Assembly: GCA_030019365.1 (NCBI GenBank)
Contig: JASEFA010000004.1
Coordinates: 35,262 to 99,261 of the forward strand
Reading direction: 5' to 3'
Length of the DNA stretch: 64,000 nt
Source: Bacillota bacterium
GTDB taxonomy: Bacteria > Bacillota > Sulfobacillia > JACIYH01
The notes under the pieces were generated by a model. It was not told the origin of the DNA, made no database searches, and saw nothing but the letters and a program-made list of their open reading frames with translations. The position numbers and the translations under genes are program-made. Of this stretch, positions 58,963 to 64,000 are shown one piece after another. Position 1 is the first letter of the stretch. The number at the start of each line of letters is the position of its first letter.

Positions 58963-59160
58963 GTGCTGATCGTGGACCGCTTCGAAGGCGAGTGGGCCGT
59001 GCTGGAGTGGGCGGGGCAGACCTTCTCCGTGCCGCGCGGCCTGCTGCCTCACAGCGCCAGAGAAGGTGACTCCCTGCGCTGGCGCATGGAGGTGGACCGG
59101 GAGGCGACGGCCGGGAGGCGCCGGCGCATAAGGAGCCTGCTGGATCGGCTTGAGCGGTAG
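58963..59160 (+). CDS. DUF3006-family small protein
   Basis: MLIVDRFEGEWAVLEWAGQTFSVPRGLLPHSAREGDSL fits the DUF3006 pattern (recalled). It is commonly paired with ComEC-like MBL proteins. Confidence 0.55.
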   Translation: MLIVDRFEGEWAVLEWAGQTFSVPRGLLPHSAREGDSLRWRMEVDREATAGRRRRIRSLLDRLER

Positions 59161-59187
59161 GGCTGATCGCAGCGAGCCAGGAGGCGG

Positions 59188-60183
59188 TTGGTGTCGATCA
59201 AGGGGCACGCGCGGCTGAACATGCGGCTACAGGCCCGGGCTGCCTTGCTTGCCGTCCTGCTCCTGGCGCTCCTCGGGGGGGCGGTCGGGTGCCGGCACGA
59301 ACCGGCCGGCCCGAGCGCGACTCCCGGTCCCGGACAGGGTGGCGCGGGAGCGGGCGAGGCGGCGTGGCGACCGGGATGGACGGCCGTGCACTTCATCGAT
59401 GTGGGGCAGGGAGACAGCATCCTCGTCCAGTTTCCTTCCGGGTTCACCATGCTCATCGACGGAGGCAGCCGCGAGGCCGGTCCCCGCGTGGTGGCTTACA
59501 TACGGTCCCAGGGTGTGGAGCGCCTCGACGCCCTGGTGGTGACCCACGGGCACGAAGATCACGTGGGGGGACTGCGCGCCGTGGTCGGTTCTTTCCCCGT
59601 GGGGCGGGCGTACCTTTATCCGGGGGAACACACCACCGCCTCCTTCGAGTCACTGCTGCGGGCTCTCCTCCGGGAGAAAGTCCCGGCGACCAGGGCCCGG
59701 GCGGGTGTGGTGATCCGGGACGAAGGCGGAGAGGCCGATCTACCGGCGGGTAGCGGGCGTGAGGCGGTGCCCGCCCGCGCGGTGGCGGTGGGCCCGGTGA
59801 AGGAGTACGAGGGGGAAAACGATGCCTCCCTGGTGGTGAGGCAGGAGGTGGGCAGGGTGGCCTTCCTCTTCACCGGGGATGCCGGTGGCCAGGCAGAGAA
59901 GGACATGCTGGCTGCCAGGGCGGAGGTCGGTGCCGACGTGCTCAAGGTGGCGCACCACGGCAGTGCCTCGTCGACGGGGGAGGCTTTCCTGCGGGCGGTG
60001 CGGCCGCGCTGGGCCGTCATCAGCGTGGGGGCGCAGAATCCCTTCGGGCATCCGGCCTCCTCGGTGCTGCACAGGCTCTCCCGGGCCGGCGTGACGGTTT
60101 ACCGCACGGACCGCGAGGGTACGGTGGTGTTTTTCACCGACGGCCGTCAGACCTGGATAACCAGCGAGCGCAGCGGCCCCTGA
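59188..60183 (+). CDS. MBL-fold metallo-hydrolase lipoprotein (ComEC C-terminal-domain-like)
   Basis: Signal/lipobox-like LLALLGGAVGC. HFIDVGQGDSILV and VVTHGHEDHVGG motifs. The likely start is ATG ~59221. Confidence 0.65.
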   Translation: MVSIKGHARLNMRLQARAALLAVLLLALLGGAVGCRHEPAGPSATPGPGQGGAGAGEAAWRPGWTAVHFIDVGQGDSILVQFPSGFTMLIDGGSREAGPRVVAYIRSQGVERLDALVVTHGHEDHVGGLRAVVGSFPVGRAYLYPGEHTTASFESLLRALLREKVPATRARAGVVIRDEGGEADLPAGSGREAVPARAVAVGPVKEYEGENDASLVVRQEVGRVAFLFTGDAGGQAEKDMLAARAEVGADVLKVAHHGSASSTGEAFLRAVRPRWAVISVGAQNPFGHPASSVLHRLSRAGVTVYRTDREGTVVFFTDGRQTWITSERSGP

Positions 60184-60642
60184 TTTCACTGGCGCTAAGT
60201 CTTCCCCGGGAAGCCGCGCAGGGCGCGAGTGGCGGGCCGGGGCGACAGCGCAAGCTCTTGTTAATACAAGTACAAGGAAATTGCAATGGGCTGGTAATAA
60301 CGCGGCAAGCAGGAGTGGGGGAGGCGATGTCGAATACTTAGTGTAGGCGAACAGAGTCTCTGCATAGAGATGGTCGCCTTGTATTGGGGAGGATTTGTGA
60401 AGCGGTTCACGAGAGAAGGAAGGAGGTGAAGGCGCACAGCGGGTGGCACGTCGCGCAGCTGGTAACTCGTGTCTCTCGGAGAACTGGGAGGAGGTGGGAC
60501 ACGGAGACCGGAATACCGGTTCCGGGCGGCAGACGGGCAGCAGCTGGAAAGGCAGGTATGGAGGGAAAGAGACATTCCGGGCGGGGGGAATGAATCGCTC
60601 TCGCCGGAGGCATGGTAGCCGGGTTCGGAAAGGGGGAGGAAA

Positions 60643-62100
60643 ATGTCGGCGACAACAAAGAGGCCCTCGCTGGTCAAGACGGAAGACTGGTGGGCAGTAT
60701 GGTTGGGCCTCTTCATCTTCGTGCTCGGACTCCTAAAGATCGGCGGCGCCGACGTCATCGGCTGGGCTGTCAAGACCAATATTTGGCTGGACATCTCCAA
60801 GGCCCTGTCGCCTGTCTCCGCGGCGTACAAGGGCTTGCCCGGCGTGGTGTCGCTGCTCCTCACGTACGTGTTCCTCCTGGTGATTACGAGCATCGGTGTG
60901 GCCGTCATGGGTGGCAAGGTGGGGAAGTATGCCGTTGGCTTCACCATCATCTTCTGGATCACCTACCTGTGCTGGATGCTCGGTAGCTACGCTTATATTG
61001 CGGCTACCCCGGACCAGCTGGCCAAGTTGAAAATCCCCTGGTCCCTGCATCTAACGGGTGAGTCCGGTTTCATCATCGCCCTGGCTGCTGGGTTGATCCT
61101 GGGCAACTTTGCCCCCGGGTTCACCAGGTTCGTCCAGGAAGCCGTGAAGCCGGAGTGGTTTATCAAGACAGCTATCGTGATCCTGGGCGCGACCATTGGG
61201 CTGAAGGCCCTGCAGTCCACGGGGCTGGCCGGGCAGGTGGTGTTCCGGGGGTTCTGCGCCATCATCGAGGCATACCTGATCTACTGGCCCCTGGTGTACC
61301 TGGTGGCCCGGAAGTACTTCAAGTTCACGCCGGAATGGGCGGCGCCCCTGGCCTCCGGTATCTCCATCTGTGGTGTGTCGGCGGCCATCGCCACCGGCGG
61401 GGCCATCAAGGCCAGGCCGGTGGTCCCCATCATCGTGTCCTCGCTGGTCATCATCTTCGCGGTGATAGAGCTGATCATTCTGCCGTTCGCGGCCCAGGCG
61501 TGGCTGTATCACCAGCCCATGGTATCGGGTGCCTGGATGGGCCTGGCGGTCAAGACCGACGGTGCCGCTGCGGCCAGCGGTGCCATGGTGGACGCGCTGA
61601 TCAGGGGTAAGGCGGCCACGGCCCTCGGGGTGCAGTGGCAGGAGGGCTGGATGCTGATGGCCGCCACCACGGTGAAGGTGTTCATCGACATCTTCATAGC
61701 GATCTGGGCGTTCATCCTGGCGATCATCTGGGCTTACAAGATCGATCGGCGGCCGGGGGAAAGGGTGAGCGCGTCTATCATCTGGGAGCGCTTCCCCAAG
61801 TTCGTTCTGGGGTACGCTGGCACCTTCCTGGCCGTGTTGCTCATCGGACAGGGGCTCACGGGCGGTGCCGTGAAGGCGCTCGGCGCCGGCGTCGGGCAGG
61901 CGGACGCTTTCCGGGGCATCTTCTTCTGCCTCACCTTCTTTACCATCGGGCTGGTCTCCAACTTCAGGAAACTCAGGGAAGAGGGTATGGGCAGGCTGGC
62001 ACTGGTATACCTGATCTGCCTGTTCGGGTTCATCATCTGGATCGGGCTGGGCATCTCCTTCATCTTCTTCCACGGCATCACCCCGCCGGTCATCAAATAG
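60643..62100 (+). CDS. YeiH/UPF0324-family membrane transporter (putative sulfate-exporter family) with ~130-aa N-terminal extension
   Basis: Polytopic. LASGISICGVSAAIATGGAI resembles the ICGxSA signature of the UPF0324 family (recalled). Confidence 0.5.
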   Translation: MSATTKRPSLVKTEDWWAVWLGLFIFVLGLLKIGGADVIGWAVKTNIWLDISKALSPVSAAYKGLPGVVSLLLTYVFLLVITSIGVAVMGGKVGKYAVGFTIIFWITYLCWMLGSYAYIAATPDQLAKLKIPWSLHLTGESGFIIALAAGLILGNFAPGFTRFVQEAVKPEWFIKTAIVILGATIGLKALQSTGLAGQVVFRGFCAIIEAYLIYWPLVYLVARKYFKFTPEWAAPLASGISICGVSAAIATGGAIKARPVVPIIVSSLVIIFAVIELIILPFAAQAWLYHQPMVSGAWMGLAVKTDGAAAASGAMVDALIRGKAATALGVQWQEGWMLMAATTVKVFIDIFIAIWAFILAIIWAYKIDRRPGERVSASIIWERFPKFVLGYAGTFLAVLLIGQGLTGGAVKALGAGVGQADAFRGIFFCLTFFTIGLVSNFRKLREEGMGRLALVYLICLFGFIIWIGLGISFIFFHGITPPVIK

Positions 62101-62457
62101 CGGTGGCTGCTGTGAGAAGGGAGGTCATCAGGCATGACATCTGAACAAAAGGGCGGAAGCGGACCCCAGGCCGGGGTGCCGGAGCAGGAAGAGTGGTTCG
62201 ACCTGCTGCCGGTGGAGAAGAAGCTGATCGCCTGGAGTCTGGGCCTGGGTGCGGCGCTGCTGGCGCTGTTGGTCTGGATGAGCTACTGTGTGATCCCGGT
62301 GCCTCACTAGACGGTAGAGGTTGCTGGCTCACGGACGGGTGGGCGTACGGACGCCGGGGTTTCCTGGGTCCTGTCGCCCACCCGGACCTGTTGAAATGAC
62401 GCAGGAAATGATCAAGCCGGTCGCGAATACTTAGCGGGAGCGAATGCCGGCCGGCTG

Positions 62458-62730
62458 GTGAGCGCTTTCGCTAAGCGAGCCCCCGATGGGGTGCGGACTG
62501 GGTTCGGGCCGGGGGAGCAGGGAAGGGAAGTGGTGACGGCAGTGTACCTGGTCAACGTGGACAAGGACAAGTGCGAGGGATGCGGCCAGTGCGTGGAAGT
62601 GTGCCCGGCCTTGATTCTGGTGTTGGAGGATGGTAAAGTCGGGGTCACGGGGAACCCTGACGATTGCCTGGGTTGCCGTTCCTGCGAGGCGGTCTGCGAG
62701 CAGGCGGCCATCGTGGTGCAGGAGCTCTGA
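62458..62730 (+). CDS. 2x[4Fe-4S] ferredoxin
   Basis: CEGCGQCVEVCP and CLGCRSCEAVCE, two CxxCxxCxxxC(P/E) clusters in 90 aa. Confidence 0.7.
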   Translation: MSAFAKRAPDGVRTGFGPGEQGREVVTAVYLVNVDKDKCEGCGQCVEVCPALILVLEDGKVGVTGNPDDCLGCRSCEAVCEQAAIVVQEL

Positions 62731-62817
62731 GCAGGGTGCTGCGGCGCTTCGGGCCGCAGCCGCCGGTCTCCCCGTCGGCCCGCGCCCGGGTCGGATAAGT
62801 GAATGGAGGTGTGAGGA

Positions 62818-63135
62818 GTGCCGGAGATCCAGTACAAAGACAAGAAGATCGAGGTAGACGAGGACGGGTTCATCCAGGACCCCGACCTGTGGAACCAGGA
62901 TCTGGCTGGCTTCCTGGCGCAGGTGGAAGGCATAGAGAACATGACGGAGGACCACTGGAAGGTGGTCAACTTCCTGCGCGACTACTACCTGGAGTTCGGC
63001 ATCGCTCCCATGATACGCAAGCTGTGCAAGGAGACGGGGTTCACGCTCAAGTACATTTACGAGCTGTTCCCCAGCGGACCGGCCAAGGGGGCGTGCAAGA
63101 TCGCCGGCCTGCCCAAGCCTACCGGCTGCGTGTGA
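62818..63135 (+). CDS. dsrC: DsrC/TusE-family protein with both C-terminal cysteines (true DsrC type)
   Basis: The C-terminus ...GPAKGACKIAGLPKPTGCV has the penultimate Cys and the Cys eleven residues upstream, which is diagnostic of DsrC. Confidence 0.8.
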   Translation: MPEIQYKDKKIEVDEDGFIQDPDLWNQDLAGFLAQVEGIENMTEDHWKVVNFLRDYYLEFGIAPMIRKLCKETGFTLKYIYELFPSGPAKGACKIAGLPKPTGCV

Positions 63136-63144
63136 CGGGCGGGG

Positions 63145-63777
63145 GTGGATATAGGGTTGCTTTCCATCGTGGAGAACGAAGTGCAGATCGTGGCCCTGAC
63201 CCTGTTCGCGCTGCTGTACGCGCTCAAGCTGCGGTGGCTGCTTTCCCGTCCCACGGTGCGAGATTTCGCCCATCCCAAAGGCAGCGAAGGACCCGGGGTG
63301 GCGGCCGCCTTCTCCATCATGTTTCGTCCCTGGGCGATGCCCAGCACCCGCCAGCACTGGCTGCGCTGGCTGGAGTTCGGCCTCCTGCACCTGGGGGTGG
63401 GGACGGCCATCGGGTACAGCTTCCTGATCCCCTACGTGGACGGCATACTGCAATGGCCGGGCACCCGGGTCGCCGTAGTGGCGGTGGCCGCCGGTTTCGG
63501 GGCCGGTGTGGTCCGGCTGGCAAGGAGGGTGTCGCGAGCCGACGTGCGGGTGATAAGCTCGCCGGACGACTACTTCTCCCTGGCGGTGGTGGATCTGTTC
63601 CTCCTGCTGGGGGTACTTGCCCTCCTGGACCTGTATTGGGGGCGGTTGCTCTTCTTCAGCCTCACCGCCCTGTTGCTGGTGTATGTCCCCACCAGCAAGA
63701 TTTCTCACTACCTGTACTGGCCCTTCGCCCGCGTATTCTACGGGGCTTACTTCGGTCGCCGGGCCGTGGTGCAGTAG
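63145..63777 (+). CDS. dsrM: NarI-family membrane b-type cytochrome (DsrM/HdrE-like)
   Basis: Five hydrophobic helices and a C-terminal ...PTSKISHYLYWPF motif typical of the NarI/DsrM family. The conserved His are in TM helices. Confidence 0.6.
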   Translation: MDIGLLSIVENEVQIVALTLFALLYALKLRWLLSRPTVRDFAHPKGSEGPGVAAAFSIMFRPWAMPSTRQHWLRWLEFGLLHLGVGTAIGYSFLIPYVDGILQWPGTRVAVVAVAAGFGAGVVRLARRVSRADVRVISSPDDYFSLAVVDLFLLLGVLALLDLYWGRLLFFSLTALLLVYVPTSKISHYLYWPFARVFYGAYFGRRAVVQ

Positions 63778-63793
63778 GGAAGGGAGATGCCGG

Positions 63794-64000
63794 TTGAGCG
63801 GTCGCTTGAGCGAAGCCGCGCCCCCTGCGGTGGTGAGCCCGGAAGGCGCGGCCGGCGGCGGGCTGGATCTGGCCCGCGCCCGGGAGCTGTTCGAAAAGAA
63901 GATCACCAGGCAGCTGGTCACCTACTTCCACGCCTGCGCCCACTGCGGGTTGTGCAATGACACCTGCCACTACTACCTGGCCACCGGGGACCCCCGCATG
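63794..64000 (+). CDS. dsrK: 5' end of dsrK/hdrD-like Fe-S subunit gene (partial, continues past window end)
   Basis: The frame from TTG ~63794 (after AGGGAG) reads ...ARELFEKKITRQLVTYFHACAHCGLCNDTCHYYLATGDPRM. The CxxCGxCxxxC ferredoxin-like N-terminus of HdrD/DsrK directly follows dsrM. Confidence 0.55.
   Translation, partial: MSGRLSEAAPPAVVSPEGAAGGGLDLARARELFEKKITRQLVTYFHACAHCGLCNDTCHYYLATGDPRM

Noticed and set aside
57058-59208. 716-aa minus-strand ORF
   Set aside because: Antisense to RNase J. No motifs. High-GC artefact.

Overview
Scope and limits: the window is very GC-rich (about two-thirds G+C by eye). It looks like a chromosomal segment of an endospore-forming, probably thermophilic, anaerobic Firmicute, going by a Bacillus/Clostridia-type spoVFA-spoVFB-asd-dapG-dapA-rnj block, a nusA-infB-rbfA-truB-ribF-rpsO-pnp block and a dsrC-dsrMK-type locus. 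All calls come from reading the six-frame translations and motifs by eye. Nothing was searched against a database, and coordinates I derived myself (not from the ORF track) may be off by 1-2 nt. Because of the GC content, long antisense ORFs are common and were rejected. No CRISPR array, rRNA gene or convincing tRNA was found.

The window has three zones.
(1) 1-24.6 kb is an accessory redox and metalloid-resistance region. It holds the ccdA/thioredoxin gene pair and a divergent acr3 / arsR-thioredoxin-permease arsenic-type unit. It also holds several DUF318/PF03773 permeases in fused and split (two-gene) form, DGC, DUF169 and MvhD-like proteins, and Fe-S-domain and H-cluster-like proteins. Two MoaD-like sulfur carriers and two radical SAM enzymes are present, one in an AOR-MoaD-radical SAM trio typical of tungsten-cofactor maturation. 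lgt, a GH130 phosphorylase-like gene and a two-domain GT4 glycosyltransferase complete the zone.
The most interesting structure is in zone 1: a module that occurs twice, made of a PadR regulator with a Cys-containing N-terminal extension, a ~60-aa protein with a Gly-flanked CCC triplet, and a DUF318 permease. In the second copy the regulator's N-terminal extension resembles the small protein, and a cupin and a radical SAM/SPASM enzyme follow. I could not place this module in any described system.
(2) 24.7-32.4 kb is a mobile-element graveyard. It contains a truncated amidohydrolase gene, a frameshifted IS110-like remnant and an apparently intact ~3.5-kb Mu/Tn552-type element. That element has a zinc-ribbon accessory ORF, a DDE transposase, an AAA ATPase and ~27-bp imperfect terminal inverted repeats with internal repeated sites. 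To its right lie a large serine recombinase fragment, truncated IS21 istA/istB, a further degenerate ORF string and a hicBA toxin-antitoxin pair.
(3) 33.5-64 kb is conserved core. It runs eda, a DAO-family oxidoreductase and an SDR epimerase, then rimP-nusA-ylxR-infB-DUF503-rbfA-nrnA-truB-ribF-rpsO-pnp-nfo-dut, small proteins and a second lgt. dpaA-dpaB-asd-aspartokinase-dapA-RNase J follow, then a DUF3006 / MBL lipoprotein pair and a YeiH-like transporter. The window ends with ferredoxin-dsrC-dsrM-dsrK, the last truncated at the window edge.
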